DNA of 64,000 nt from Longimicrobiales bacterium. GTDB taxonomy: Bacteria; Gemmatimonadota; Gemmatimonadetes; Longimicrobiales; Gaopeijiaceae. The stretch is taken from contig CBDFMQ010000002.1 of assembly GCA_965249725.1 (NCBI GenBank), positions 2,560,001 to 2,624,000 of the forward strand. Reading direction: 5' to 3'. The notes under the pieces were generated by a model that saw nothing but the letters and a program-made list of their open reading frames with translations, searched no databases and was not told the DNA's origin. Below are positions 1-12,404 of this stretch, piece after piece. Position 1 is the first letter of the stretch. The number at the start of each line of letters is the position of its first letter. Position numbers and translations under genes: made by a program.

Positions 1-518
1 GCCGTCGCATAGCGCAGGACCTCGTGGCCATCGAGCGATTCGAATCGGTAGAAGGGGTCTCCAGGGTCCTGATTCAGTGCCTCCCACGCCTCACGAGCGA
101 ACGAGTCCGCGAGCCCTCCCGTCTCCCCGCGCCAAGGGAACGGGTAGGGGCTATAGAGGCGGGTGCCACCGCCGGAGTCCAGGGCTCCAATACGGTTCCC
201 CAGAAGCATGCTCAGTGTCGCGGGGAGCGGCACCGCGCCCTCGCGAAGGAGGTAGTCGTGCGTGATCTCCACGCCACTGGGACGCAGGCGCTCGACGACC
301 TCCGAGGTGTAGACCGTGCGAAACTCGGCGATGACCCCGGAGAGCAATTCAGCGTTCTGCAGGGCCCCCGCTCGGACGAGTTCGTTCTGGAGCCCCCGGA
401 CGTGTGCCAAGATGATCGGCACGGCCGCAAGGAAGAGCACGCCGGTGATGAAGATCGGTCTCCGGTGCGGTGCCGGGCGTTCCGCGACCTCGGGAGGAGA
501 CGGTGCGGCATCACTCAT
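1..518 (-). CDS. Membrane sensor with DUF3365/Tll0287-like periplasmic domain (5' part only, runs off window)
   Basis: Manual translation from ATG 518: MSDAAPS...PIFITGVLFLAAVPIIL (TM)...EFRTVYTSEVV...VPLPATLSM...RLYSPYPFPWR...FYRFESLDGHEVLRYATA; motifs typical of DUF3365 sensors of cyclases/kinases. Confidence 0.7.
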   Translation of the reverse strand, partial: MSDAAPSPPEVAERPAPHRRPIFITGVLFLAAVPIILAHVRGLQNELVRAGALQNAELLSGVIAEFRTVYTSEVVERLRPSGVEITHDYLLREGAVPLPATLSMLLGNRIGALDSGGGTRLYSPYPFPWRGETGGLADSFAREAWEALNQDPGDPFYRFESLDGHEVLRYAT

Positions 519-667
519 GACGTATTCGATCCATGTGCAGCCTTTACACGCGACCCGAAACGGAGTTGCGGCGAGGGAGCCCGACGGGTAGTCACGTACG
601 GTGACAAAGCGGGCCCACCGCACTATCGTCTTCGGTCCAACTCGTTCCGTACGGCTCCAGCAAGAGC

Positions 668-1765
668 ATGCTCACGATCGTGTCCCCCTCGCACCCATCG
701 TCCGGCCTCTCCGGGAGAGCCGTGTTCTTGCTCGTCGGCCTGATGTCCTTCGGCGCGTCGGCCGACGCCCAGGACGTGTCCTGGCTCACCGACTTCGTCT
801 TCTACGGGGACAATACGGAGTTCTTCAATCCGTTCAGGACGGGCGAGACCCTGCTCGGCGGTCAGTTTCAGTCGGCCGTCGCCTTCGATGTCAGCCCTCG
901 TATCCAGGTGCTGGCCGGCGGTTCGCTGGACTATCGGAGCGGGGGCGAGAGACTCCGTGAGTTGGAGCCCGTACTGAGCTTTCGCTATCGGAATGACACG
1001 TCCACAGGCGTCGTCGGAACCTTGATCAGGAGTGACCGGCACGGGCTGATCGACCCGCTCGCCGTCAGCACGCTCGAGTTCAATCGTCCGACCGAGCAGG
1101 GACTACAGTGGATCGAGCGCCGCATCGGGCTCGACATGGAGATGTTCCTCAATTGGCAGGCGCTCAACACCACCAACAGCCGCGAGATCATCGACTACGG
1201 AATCACCATGGACGCGCGGCCGAGCGACCACTTCTCAGTCCTGTTCCAGCTTCACGGTGTCCACCACGGGGGTCAGCTCTATGACGCCGGGCAACCCGTC
1301 TCGAACAACGTCGCGCTGGGACCCGGCGTCCGTCTCGGAGCGGACTTGGGTGGGCTCGGAACGAGCAGCGTGACGCTCTTCTACTTGGTCAGCATGGGGG
1401 ACATTCCCACTCTGCCTTCTGCGGAAGTGGAACCGGGACACGGGGTCTTCCTGCGCGGGGCGGTGCATCCGCTCCCCTGGCTCGAATTGAGCACGGTGCA
1501 GTGGTGGGGCACCGACTTCATCGCGGTCGAGGGCGACACGAACTACGGATCCAAGACGATCGACCCGGAGGAATACCGGCCGGACCGCAAATACACGGAG
1601 GTCGGGTTCAAGGGCACCAAGGCGCTGGAAGAGGGCGTGTCGCTATCCGGCGAGTTCCGTCTTCACCACGTTGACGGCGCCAGGGGCAATGGCATTTCCA
1701 GTAGCACCTGGGAGTACTCCTACCGGATCACGGCCGACGTACCGCTGGATATTTCAATCCGGTAG
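668..1765 (+). CDS. Hypothetical exported protein, probable outer-membrane beta-barrel
   Basis: 365 aa ORF, signal peptide ending ADA-Q, alternating amphipathic beta-strand pattern. Confidence 0.6.
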   Translation: MLTIVSPSHPSSGLSGRAVFLLVGLMSFGASADAQDVSWLTDFVFYGDNTEFFNPFRTGETLLGGQFQSAVAFDVSPRIQVLAGGSLDYRSGGERLRELEPVLSFRYRNDTSTGVVGTLIRSDRHGLIDPLAVSTLEFNRPTEQGLQWIERRIGLDMEMFLNWQALNTTNSREIIDYGITMDARPSDHFSVLFQLHGVHHGGQLYDAGQPVSNNVALGPGVRLGADLGGLGTSSVTLFYLVSMGDIPTLPSAEVEPGHGVFLRGAVHPLPWLELSTVQWWGTDFIAVEGDTNYGSKTIDPEEYRPDRKYTEVGFKGTKALEEGVSLSGEFRLHHVDGARGNGISSSTWEYSYRITADVPLDISIR

Positions 1766-1821
1766 GAACCGCCGCGAGGCCGGGTAGGACACGCCACCAG
1801 ACTCGGTCTGAACCGCCTTCC

Positions 1822-3318
1822 CTACCGGCGACCGACGGCCCCCCGTACCGAGTCCAACAGCTTCTCGGGATCGTACCCAACGCCTTCCTTGAAGACGATC
1901 CTCACGTTCTGGATCACGACCGGATCGCTCGTCAGGTCTCCCTCGATGACGACGAGGTCGGCGAGCTTGCCCGAGGTCACCGTACCGAAGGAGTCCTGGG
2001 CGTCGAGCACACGGGCCCCGTTCGCCGACATGATCTGAACCACCTGCGACGGCGAGAACCCCGACGAGGAGAGCAGCTGGAAGTTCCGCTGATCACCGAA
2101 TCCCGGCAGCACCGGGCAGCACGGGTCCGTACCGGCGACCAGCACTCCACCCTGATCGACGAACGACCTCTCGAACGCCTGTGCATTCCAAAAGACCTGA
2201 GAGAAGGGCCATGGATCGTCCTCGCCGACGTTGGGACCGGCCCGGAACTCCCGCTCCCGTTCGATAAGTGTCTCATGCGCGAGGACATACCAGTCGCTGA
2301 GTTCCGGCGGCATCATCTCCAGCACGCGCTCTTCGATGGGCCGCCCACCCGGCACGAACAGGAACTCGTACGCGGACAGGGTCGAAGTGATGGGTGTGCC
2401 CGACCGGACCAGATCCTGGATCAGATCCTGAGCCTCCTGACCCTCGACGTCGACGTCCGCGAGTCGCAGAATGAAGCCCGGCGGGCAGACGTCCTGGGGC
2501 TTGTCGGCCTCGAAATCGCTGGCGGTGAGGAAGCCATGCTCGAGATTGTCGATCTCGAGCTCCATCGCCTCACCGAAGGTCACGGAGCACAGGTGGCCGG
2601 TGACCTTGGCACCCAAACGGTGAGCCTCGTCGATGATGGCCTTGAGGTTCTCGCCTTTGATGTTCGCGTAGGCCTTGAACCAGGTGACGCCCTCTTCGAC
2701 CCAATACCGGACCACACGCTTGGCGTCCTCGGGCGACGCCGGCTGGTAGCGCGAAACGGGTGCACCCTCACCGTCGAAGTAGGGTCCCGTCACGTACATC
2801 CGCGGGCCAGGAGCCTCCCCGGCATCGATCTGGTGCTTCACGTTCAGCTCGCTGTAGGGCGAGATGCTCCCCGTGGTGCGAATGGTCGTCACGCCGTTGG
2901 CCAGGTAGAGCCGTGGGGACGACACGTCGAGCTGCGCCGTCGTTTCGCCCGCCGTGCCACGGACCCCACGGTAGAACGTGTGGTTGTGCATTCCAACCAG
3001 GCCGGGGATCACCGTGTGGCCGGTCAGGTCGTGCACCTCGGCGCCGGCGGGGATGGCCAGATCGCCTGTGGCACCCACGGCCTTAACACGTCCACCCGCG
3101 ATGATGATGGTCTGGTCCTGAGTGGGCTCAGCCCCGGTCCCGTCGATCAGCTGGACGTGCGTAAGCGCAAGGAGAGGACCGCTCACGCTCACGAACTCCT
3201 GGACCGCCGGGCTCAGGGCATCGTGGGTCTGAGCCGCAGCCGGTCGAACGACCCCCGAGGTGGCTAAGTGGAGCGTACCGAGGGCGACCGTAACGAGAGC
3301 GACCGGGGTCTGTCTCAT
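1822..3318 (-). CDS. Secreted metal-dependent amidohydrolase family protein
   Basis: Signal peptide; TVIPGLVGMHNH (HxH), GVTTIR, VTGHL, LEHG, AGTD, GKLADLVV motifs. Confidence 0.85.
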   Translation of the reverse strand: MRQTPVALVTVALGTLHLATSGVVRPAAAQTHDALSPAVQEFVSVSGPLLALTHVQLIDGTGAEPTQDQTIIIAGGRVKAVGATGDLAIPAGAEVHDLTGHTVIPGLVGMHNHTFYRGVRGTAGETTAQLDVSSPRLYLANGVTTIRTTGSISPYSELNVKHQIDAGEAPGPRMYVTGPYFDGEGAPVSRYQPASPEDAKRVVRYWVEEGVTWFKAYANIKGENLKAIIDEAHRLGAKVTGHLCSVTFGEAMELEIDNLEHGFLTASDFEADKPQDVCPPGFILRLADVDVEGQEAQDLIQDLVRSGTPITSTLSAYEFLFVPGGRPIEERVLEMMPPELSDWYVLAHETLIEREREFRAGPNVGEDDPWPFSQVFWNAQAFERSFVDQGGVLVAGTDPCCPVLPGFGDQRNFQLLSSSGFSPSQVVQIMSANGARVLDAQDSFGTVTSGKLADLVVIEGDLTSDPVVIQNVRIVFKEGVGYDPEKLLDSVRGAVGRR

Positions 3319-3414
3319 GATGCATCTCCGGATGTGAACCGACTGGCGTATGCGCCCGGGTTCAGGCGCTTACAGCGTAGGTCCACACGCGGGTGCGGGC
3401 AAAGAGAAGGTCCG

Positions 3415-4800
<1,386 letters not shown>

Positions 4801-4938
4801 TCAGGATGAGTGCCCGCCGAAGGTCGGCCGGGCGTAGCAATCGGACGCTAACGGGAGGCCCCGTGGTCGTCCGTAGGGAATTCGATGACGGCGGTGTAGG
4901 AAAACTCGGAAGTCGGGAACCGGCTCCCAGGCTCACGT

Positions 4939-7911
4939 TCAGCCCTCGCTCGGCTTGAGGACGACTCCGCGACGCTCGTGGCCATTCATGATGGCGACGG
5001 CGGGTGCGGGAAACCGCACGTGCCTCACGGCCCCGCGGGACGACACCTCTGGCTGATCTCGAAGCCAATCCCAATCGACCGAGCCTTCCCCGATGTTCGC
5101 ATTCACCGTGAAGTACCCGACGTTGAAGGACGCCAGGTTCTGATAGAAGTGGGTCCCCTGCGAGGGGGTAACCCGTGCATCGCGAAATCCGGCCTCCACG
5201 ATCACGCGCGCGCCTGAGATGTCCTCCCACTTCACCGGAATGCCGAGCCAGGGGTGCGTCGAACCCCACCGCCCCACACCGATCAGCCCATAGGGGCGGG
5301 CGGCGGCGTTGAGCTCCTTGTTGAAGCTCGCCACGTGCTCGGCGCACTCCGCGCTCTGGGCTCTCTGAAAGTCACTCCGGTCCACCACGATCCAGTCGCA
5401 CAGGGTGTCGATCCGTCCGTTGCCGAGCACGGCCGGGCTCTCGCAGAAGACCTGCTCCGAGTCGATCCCTCCCAGCTCGACGTCCGCATCCTCGCGTGTA
5501 GCCGCCAAGGGACGGAGCTGTAGGAACCCGAACTTCGACCTCTTCCCGCGGCCGCTCCCGAGCGTCGCCGCGAACTCGATCTCGACGGGGAGTCGAGTAC
5601 CGGCCCGTCCGAGGGCAAGCAACTCGTCGAGGATCTCGGCCAAGGGAAACACCCCGTGCTTGAGGATCGGCGCGAAGCTCACTAGGCGAGCGCCCGGTCT
5701 TCCAAGCCCGTCATAGAGTGCGCGGTTCTCGTGGGAGTAGCTCGAGGCGACCGGACCGAGGGTGCCATCGCGTTCGGCGGTCTTGAGGTCGAACCGACCG
5801 AGCGGGCCTCCATCGGACCAGCCTCCATGCTTGAGGCTCCCGCGCAGGTTCAGAGCCCAGAACTCGCGCTGGGCGTTCGCCAGCATTCCTTCGAGGGTCG
5901 AGTGCTCCAGCATGTGCCCCGGGTGACGGGGCACGAATCGCAAGCACGGCTCCCCATCGGCGACGGTCCTTCCCAGACCCAGCGCGACCGCGGCAATGCC
6001 GTCTTCGGTGTCGGCCGGAGGGGACGGATAGTAGTTGTGCGACCGGGCCACGCCGGAGATGTGGGGATAGAAGCGATCACCATGGGGCGCGCCGACCACC
6101 CCTTGGATGATCACCGCCATCGCCTCCTCCTCCGTGCGATACGATGTCGCCTGAAGGAACGCCCCGGCCTTCCTCGAGAAGGTCGATGCGTAGACCCGTT
6201 TCACAGCGCCCACGAGGTGCCGAAGTCGCTTCTTGCGGCTCCTCGCGTCATTGGGGAGAAGCCAGGTCCCATAGACGCCGGCCAACGGCTGGCTCGGCGA
6301 ATCCTCAAGAAGGCTCGACGACCGGACGGTCAACGGATCGGTCATCACCTCGATGACCTGCTCGAGCGACGTCATCACCTCTTCGGGAAGGGGCGCCGCG
6401 AGTATTCGGGCCAGGGTCTCGTCCTCGTCCTCGCACTCGAGTGAGAACTTGCGAAGATCGTTGTCGTCCATGAACTGGTCGAATACGCTCGTGCCAAGCA
6501 CCACAGACGGCGGGACCAAGATCTCCACGTCGGGGAAACGCTCTCTCAACCGCACCTCGTCCAGGAGCCGACTGGCGAACGCCAGACCCCGGCCCTTTCC
6601 CCCGAGGGACCCGCCGCCGATCTGGACCATCCCCTCTTCGCCGTCGAAGACCTTGTCTCGGAACGGATTGACCGACCCGCGGCTCCTCTCGCGCCGGTAC
6701 AGATCGATGTCGTGGACCAAGGACTTCCGTAGCTCTTCGACGTTGGAGTAGTCCTCCAACAGCCGTGGGCGGAGCTCCGCAGCCAATCCGAACTCGGCGC
6801 GCGCGCGCACCCACCGCGAGAAGTCGTGCCGCTGAGCGTGGTACGCCAGACTCTCCCCGGGAATCGTACGGAGCTTCTCGACCAGAGTCTTGAGGTCGGA
6901 CGCCCGGTCGATTTCCTCGCCGGTATCCGACCGGAAGACGAAGTCGCCGAAGAAGAGATGTTCCGACAGGTACTTCCTCAGCTGACCGAGGAAGTCGGGG
7001 GAGCGCTTCAGAAGGAAGCCGACCCCCAACGCTTCAGCTACCTCTTGGTTGCTCTCGTACGAGGACTGGAGGGCGATGGGCACGTCGGGCGCGAGGTCTT
7101 GAATGGCCAGCGCGAGATCCCTGCCGGCCATCTGCGAGTGCTCTCCACCCTTCGGGAAGTTCATGTCGCTGAACACGCCCATGATCGACTCTTGGTACGT
7201 CTCGAAGTCCTCGAGAGCGCGCTCGAACGTCGTGGACAGCAGAATCTTGGGACGGGCACGCGCACGCATCATCCGCTGGAGTCGATTCCCCGATTCGGCC
7301 GCTACCGCTTGTGTGAGGTTCAACACCTCGTTGTAGATGACCGGAAGGAACGACGAGTAGAAGCGAACGCTGTCCTCTACGACCATGAAGACCGGCACGC
7401 CGATTTGAGTGTCCCACTCGACGTTGAGCCGATCCTCGATGGCGCGGACGATGGCGAGGAGAATCCGAGCGTCTCCCTGCCACAGGAAGAGCGCCTCGAT
7501 CCCGTCCAGGCTGTGCCGGTCCCGGAAGAACTCCAGTTCGCGGTGGTCATACCCCAACACGACGACCGGCACATCGAAGCCGCCGTCGCTGATCTCCTTC
7601 GCGAGCCGCGCGGCGTGCATGTCGCCGACGTGGGGGCTCGCGATCACGAGGTCCACCTTGGGCCGCTCACGCTTGAGAATGCGCAATGCCTGGCGTCCGG
7701 AAGAGACCCGGGTCAGGAAGGGAGGCTCACGCGGGCTGGCCTCCAGAAACTTGCCGAGCACACGCTCGTGCAAATGCCCATCCTCGGCGAGGATGAAGGA
7801 CTCGTAGAGGGATGCGACGAAGAGAACATGACGCACCTGCTCCCGCATGAGACTGCGGAAACCGGTCGCCCTCGCGCCGAAGCGTTCAGAGAAATCGATC
7901 GAACTCTTCAA
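4939..7911 (-). CDS. PEP/pyruvate-binding (PPDK_N ATP-grasp) domain protein with N-terminal receiver-like domains
   Basis: GGGSLGGKGRGLAF, VRSSSLLEDS, AGVYGT, MAVIIQ, ALGLG, EIEFA, LQLRP; VVEDS...SDMNFP receiver-like segment; no phospho-His swivel domain evident. Confidence 0.85.
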   Translation of the reverse strand: MKSSIDFSERFGARATGFRSLMREQVRHVLFVASLYESFILAEDGHLHERVLGKFLEASPREPPFLTRVSSGRQALRILKRERPKVDLVIASPHVGDMHAARLAKEISDGGFDVPVVVLGYDHRELEFFRDRHSLDGIEALFLWQGDARILLAIVRAIEDRLNVEWDTQIGVPVFMVVEDSVRFYSSFLPVIYNEVLNLTQAVAAESGNRLQRMMRARARPKILLSTTFERALEDFETYQESIMGVFSDMNFPKGGEHSQMAGRDLALAIQDLAPDVPIALQSSYESNQEVAEALGVGFLLKRSPDFLGQLRKYLSEHLFFGDFVFRSDTGEEIDRASDLKTLVEKLRTIPGESLAYHAQRHDFSRWVRARAEFGLAAELRPRLLEDYSNVEELRKSLVHDIDLYRRERSRGSVNPFRDKVFDGEEGMVQIGGGSLGGKGRGLAFASRLLDEVRLRERFPDVEILVPPSVVLGTSVFDQFMDDNDLRKFSLECEDEDETLARILAAPLPEEVMTSLEQVIEVMTDPLTVRSSSLLEDSPSQPLAGVYGTWLLPNDARSRKKRLRHLVGAVKRVYASTFSRKAGAFLQATSYRTEEEAMAVIIQGVVGAPHGDRFYPHISGVARSHNYYPSPPADTEDGIAAVALGLGRTVADGEPCLRFVPRHPGHMLEHSTLEGMLANAQREFWALNLRGSLKHGGWSDGGPLGRFDLKTAERDGTLGPVASSYSHENRALYDGLGRPGARLVSFAPILKHGVFPLAEILDELLALGRAGTRLPVEIEFAATLGSGRGKRSKFGFLQLRPLAATREDADVELGGIDSEQVFCESPAVLGNGRIDTLCDWIVVDRSDFQRAQSAECAEHVASFNKELNAAARPYGLIGVGRWGSTHPWLGIPVKWEDISGARVIVEAGFRDARVTPSQGTHFYQNLASFNVGYFTVNANIGEGSVDWDWLRDQPEVSSRGAVRHVRFPAPAVAIMNGHERRGVVLKPSEG

Positions 7912-7970
7912 GGACTATCCCGTCTTAGATGGAACGGCCACTGAAGAATAGCCGACGGAGGCGGGAGGGA

Positions 7971-9524
7971 CTACGGCTGGCCCACCACCCGGGCAGGAGC
8001 CCCCCGGTCCCCGGTGTTACCGGTGCCGATCTGCCCGAACTCGTTGGCGCCCCAGCAGAACGCGACGCCGTCCGTGTCGACTCCGCACGTGTGGAACCAA
8101 CTGGCGCTCACCGAAGCGAAGACATGCGGACCGAAGACCAGCGTGGGCAGGCTCACCTGGCCCGACGAGGTCCCCAACTGCTGGTCGGTGTTCTTGCCCC
8201 AGCAGTGGGCGTCCCCGTCCGTGTCGACGCCGCACGTGTAGAATGCTCCCCCGCTGATACTAGCGAAGACGATGCCTCCGATGACCGGAAGAGGCTCATC
8301 CTGTCCCCCCAAGGTGCCTCGACCGAGCTGGCCGTTGTTGTTCCCACCCCAGCAGTACGCCTCTCCACCGGCGGTGACGCCGCAACTATGATCACCGCCC
8401 ACGCCCAGAGAGACGAATTCCGGCACACCGGGCACGAGCCGAGGGTCGCGTGTCGTACTCCCCGATCCGAGCTGGCCCTGCGCGCCGCGGCCCCAACAGT
8501 AGGCCGTTCCCGCGCTAGTGAGCCCACAGGTGTGCTGGCCCGCCTCGGAGACCTCGACGGCCACGAACGTGAGCCCGCCGCCCACGGGGAGAGGGACGGC
8601 ACTGCAGGAAATCGAGATCCGGGGTGTGAAGAGGGTCTCACAAATATCGACGGTGGCAGCGGTACCGAGCGCCTCGTTCTCGTTGCTGCCCCAACAGTAG
8701 GCCGCCCCCGCCGTCGAGATTCCGCACGTGTGTTCACCGCCGGCATCCACCTGAGTGAAGGTCAGCCCTCCTGCAACGGCCATGGGAGTCACTACGGCTA
8801 GCGTATCCCCAGTGCCGAGCCGGCCATCGTGGTTCACCCCCCAACAGTACGCCTGTCCCCCGGCGTCCAGGCCGCAGGTGTGGGCGTTTCCGACGCTCAG
8901 GGAGGCAAACGTGATCCCTCCGAGCACGGCCGCCGGGGTAGTGCTACAGTCGACGTCGCCGTCGAAACAGTCGCCCGTGGTCGGCCCGACCCCGAGCAGG
9001 TCCTCCCCGTTGATGCCCCAACAGAAGGCCGTGCCATCGGCGGCCAGGCCACATGTCCGGAAGGTGCCGGGATCCACGAAAGCGAGGTCCAGAGCCTGGA
9101 CCGTAACCTCGGCCGAACCGCTCCTCTCTTCGAACGACGCGGTGATGGTGGCGGTCCCCGCCCCAACCCCGAGCACACCGACCGCACCCGGGTCCCCAGG
9201 CCCGACCGTGGCCACCAGGGGGTTCGACGACGTCCATACGAAGTCGGCCTCAGACAGCGCGTTTCCGTCCGAGTCCGCCCCACTCGCAGTCAAGGACACC
9301 GACTCCCCGAGCCATAGGGTCTCGCTGGCGGGCGTGACGCTGATGACGCCCGAAGCCGGACCGGTCGGGGAATCCGCTGTACCGCCACACGCCGAAGAGA
9401 CCAGAAGCCCCAGAGCGATGACGAGGTGGAACGTGCGACCGCCGGGACGCTCGCGCGCTGGGCTATATGACATGCAGGGCCTCATGTTGCTTGGACAACG
9501 GGCGAGTGTGGTGGACTGGACCAT
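7971..9524 (-). CDS. RCC1-repeat beta-propeller lipoprotein with Ig-like (Big_2) domain
   Basis: Seven HTCG...G.AYCWG.N..GQLG repeats; VWTSSNPLVATV...GTATITAS Ig motif; SSAC lipobox; true start probably 9473-9485. Confidence 0.9.
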   Translation of the reverse strand: MVQSTTLARCPSNMRPCMSYSPARERPGGRTFHLVIALGLLVSSACGGTADSPTGPASGVISVTPASETLWLGESVSLTASGADSDGNALSEADFVWTSSNPLVATVGPGDPGAVGVLGVGAGTATITASFEERSGSAEVTVQALDLAFVDPGTFRTCGLAADGTAFCWGINGEDLLGVGPTTGDCFDGDVDCSTTPAAVLGGITFASLSVGNAHTCGLDAGGQAYCWGVNHDGRLGTGDTLAVVTPMAVAGGLTFTQVDAGGEHTCGISTAGAAYCWGSNENEALGTAATVDICETLFTPRISISCSAVPLPVGGGLTFVAVEVSEAGQHTCGLTSAGTAYCWGRGAQGQLGSGSTTRDPRLVPGVPEFVSLGVGGDHSCGVTAGGEAYCWGGNNNGQLGRGTLGGQDEPLPVIGGIVFASISGGAFYTCGVDTDGDAHCWGKNTDQQLGTSSGQVSLPTLVFGPHVFASVSASWFHTCGVDTDGVAFCWGANEFGQIGTGNTGDRGAPARVVGQP

Positions 9525-9565
9525 TCTACGCGAGTTCTCCCGGGCGGGTTACCCCAGTCCGCCGC

Positions 9566-12256
9566 TCACTCCGGCACCAGCCGCTTCAGCTCCTCGAAGA
9601 AATTGTTCACGAGGATGACGCTGGGCGGCGCGGGACCACCGTCGTCCACCTCGCTTCGCACGAACTCTGCAATCAGGAAACGCTGGTCGTCGGGCGCCAC
9701 GTCGTAGAACACACCCTCGAGGTTGGTTTCTACCCACCGGTCACCTTCCTCGAACAGCCGTATCGGACCTCCGGCCCCGAAATCCGTACCTGCACTCACT
9801 TCCACGGCCATCATCTCCTCGTCGGGACTCAGGAAGAAGATCTCGCGGCCGCTGTGGGCCCACTTGGGACCGCGACCGCCGTCGATCGAGACCTGCCAAC
9901 GGCCCGCACCGACGTCGGGGAAGGGCCGGACGTAGACCTCGTATCGACCGGTCTCGTCGGACGCATAGACGATCCAGCGGCCGTCGGGCGACACCGATGG
10001 GCTGATCTCCCTGAACTCGCCCGCGAAGAGTCGAGACGGCACACTGTCCGTTCCGGGGCGGAGGGCAAAGACATCACGCTCGGAGAGCGTGCGGGTCCCG
10101 GTCGACGTGCGCAAGAACAGCCACTCTCCGTCCGGGCTCCAGTCGATCGTAGCTAGATCCTGCTCCATATCCACGAGGAGCTCCGCCTCGCGCGTGCCAT
10201 CCGCCGGCTTGGACCACACGTCGTGGTTCCCTGATCTGTTCGAGAGGAAGGTGACGTCTCGCCCACCAGGTGCCCACACCGGCATCTTCTCCTCGGCATC
10301 CCCAAAGGTGAGGCGCGAGCGAGGTCCATCCGGGAGCCGCTTCACCCACATGTCGTATCCGGCGTCCGTGTACTCGCGGAGCGCGACCATCGAGCCGTCC
10401 GGTGAGATGCGCCACCCGTGGTTAAGGTCAAATCCGCTCCCGAACGTCCAATCCGGGTCGACCGGTGTAGCCTCCCCCGTCCGGGTCACCCAAAGCAACT
10501 GGAGTGGAACATTGGTGCCGGTGCTACCCGAGGCGAAGCTGCGGAAGAACTTCCCCTCATCCGATAAGGACCAGGCACCCACGTCGTCGACCACCGCGAT
10601 GGGGGTGCCGAGGACCTCCAAGTCGTCGGGATCGAACCGAACGGCCATCACCGTCCCGTCGGGCAGACCATAGACGAGGTGTCCGGAGGGCAGATACCTC
10701 GACCGGCTGGCCCCGAATGCGCCGCCCACCCCCTCGATGAGGGGGGTCATCGCACCGCTCTCCAGATCCAGCCCCGACAGATCATCCGGTTGCTGGCCTT
10801 CAACTCGGACGTGTACGAGGGCGGCGCGCCCGCCCGGGAGAATGTCGACCACCCTATGGCCGTTCTCCCCCTCCCCGACACGGGACAGCTGCTCGACCGC
10901 CCCACCCGTCGAAGGGATGCGGAACGCTCCCGAGTCCGTAGCCACATAGATGAAGCCGTCCGGCCCCCACTCGGGGTGGTCGCCTGCTATGAGCGTGCGA
11001 ACCGGCCCTCCAGCGAACGCGAGCACGTTGATATCGTCCCCGTCCTCAAACGCCAGCTCCAGCGCGTCGGGCGAGACGGCAGGACTGGACGCGCCTTCGG
11101 TCTCCCGAACCGGGGTGGCGCTCAGCTCGTCCCAGCGGCGCACCATCAGGTTCTGCCCCGTCTCGGTGTTGTGCCGATAGACCAGCATTGTCCCGTCGGG
11201 CGACAATTCGAACCCCGCCGATCCCGCGTAACCCGGCTCCTGCCCCTCGAGGAAAGGAACCGCGAACCGCTCGACCGGATGCGTGTGCTCGGGCCGGTTT
11301 CGAGCCTGGAAGGCCAAGCCACCGAACAGCACCGCCAGGCCAGAGGCCACCAAGGCGGCCGTGCGCCAAGGGCCGGCGCTGGCTGCGCCCACCCCCGCGG
11401 CAGCGTCCTCCCCGTGGCGGAAGGCCGGATCCGCGAGCGCCCTCGCCAACTCCTGCGCGCTCTTGAACCGGTCCGCCGGGAGCTTCTCGAGCGACTTGCG
11501 GATGGCGGCGTCCACGTTGGCCGGGACGGACGGGCGGGTGTCCCTGGCCGAGACCGGCACACCCTGGATGATCTTGCCGAGCACCGCCTGGGCCGTGCTC
11601 CCCATATAGGGCGGATCGCCGATCAGCAACTCGTAGAGCACGGCGCCCAACGCGTAGATGTCGGTGGCCGCACCGACCAACTGGTCGCCCGTGGCCTGCT
11701 CGGGGCTCATATAGAAGGGCGTGCCGACACTCAGGCCTGTCTCAGTCAGTCGCGCGCCGCCGGCGGACCCCACCGCGAGCGCGATCCCGAAGTCCCCCAC
11801 AACCGGTTCGCCCGCCTGCAGCATGATATTGCCGGGCTTGATGTCGCGGTGCACCACACTGTGCTGATGCGCATAGTCGAGCGCATTGGCGATCGCCACC
11901 GTCACCCGTACCGCTTCCTCGACCGGGAGTTGTTTCTCGCGATCGATCCATCCCTGAAGCGTCTCCCCCTCTACGTACGGCATCACGTAGAACAGGAAAC
12001 TGTCCGCCTCGCCCGAATCGAAGAGGGGCAGGATGTGCGGATGCTGCAGGTTGGCCGTCGTCTTGATCTCGGCCAGGAAGCGCTCGGCGCCCACGACGGC
12101 GGCCAGCTCGGGCTTCAGGACCTTGAGCGCGACCTTACGCTCATGGCGCAGATCGTCGGCAAGATAGACGGTGGCCATACCGCCTTCGCCGACCTCGCGT
12201 TCGATGACGTATCGGCCTTCGAGGGCCGCGTTCAGGCGGGTGACGGGATCAGACAT
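9566..12256 (-). CDS. Ser/Thr protein kinase fused to TM helix and TolB-like PD40 propellers
   Basis: GEGGMATV, VALK, HRDIKPGN, DFG, GTPFYMSPE; C-terminal SPDG/WSPDG repeats. Confidence 0.93.
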   Translation of the reverse strand: MSDPVTRLNAALEGRYVIEREVGEGGMATVYLADDLRHERKVALKVLKPELAAVVGAERFLAEIKTTANLQHPHILPLFDSGEADSFLFYVMPYVEGETLQGWIDREKQLPVEEAVRVTVAIANALDYAHQHSVVHRDIKPGNIMLQAGEPVVGDFGIALAVGSAGGARLTETGLSVGTPFYMSPEQATGDQLVGAATDIYALGAVLYELLIGDPPYMGSTAQAVLGKIIQGVPVSARDTRPSVPANVDAAIRKSLEKLPADRFKSAQELARALADPAFRHGEDAAAGVGAASAGPWRTAALVASGLAVLFGGLAFQARNRPEHTHPVERFAVPFLEGQEPGYAGSAGFELSPDGTMLVYRHNTETGQNLMVRRWDELSATPVRETEGASSPAVSPDALELAFEDGDDINVLAFAGGPVRTLIAGDHPEWGPDGFIYVATDSGAFRIPSTGGAVEQLSRVGEGENGHRVVDILPGGRAALVHVRVEGQQPDDLSGLDLESGAMTPLIEGVGGAFGASRSRYLPSGHLVYGLPDGTVMAVRFDPDDLEVLGTPIAVVDDVGAWSLSDEGKFFRSFASGSTGTNVPLQLLWVTRTGEATPVDPDWTFGSGFDLNHGWRISPDGSMVALREYTDAGYDMWVKRLPDGPRSRLTFGDAEEKMPVWAPGGRDVTFLSNRSGNHDVWSKPADGTREAELLVDMEQDLATIDWSPDGEWLFLRTSTGTRTLSERDVFALRPGTDSVPSRLFAGEFREISPSVSPDGRWIVYASDETGRYEVYVRPFPDVGAGRWQVSIDGGRGPKWAHSGREIFFLSPDEEMMAVEVSAGTDFGAGGPIRLFEEGDRWVETNLEGVFYDVAPDDQRFLIAEFVRSEVDDGGPAPPSVILVNNFFEELKRLVPE

Positions 12257-12404
12257 GGGCGCAAGATGCGGTTAGGGTGTGTTGCACCACAAGCGGGAGA
12301 GGGGCCTCGCCCCGCGGGGAGTCACGAACGATCTGTCACCGCCGGGTCGCATGCGGCCTACCCGCGCGACGACCCTCGGGCTGACGGCGCATCGCACATT
12401 CGGC

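Noticed and set aside
7971..9524. RCC1/ankyrin/NHL repeats as proof of a host-symbiont lifestyle
   Set aside because: These families are also common in free-living relatives; one window cannot establish this.
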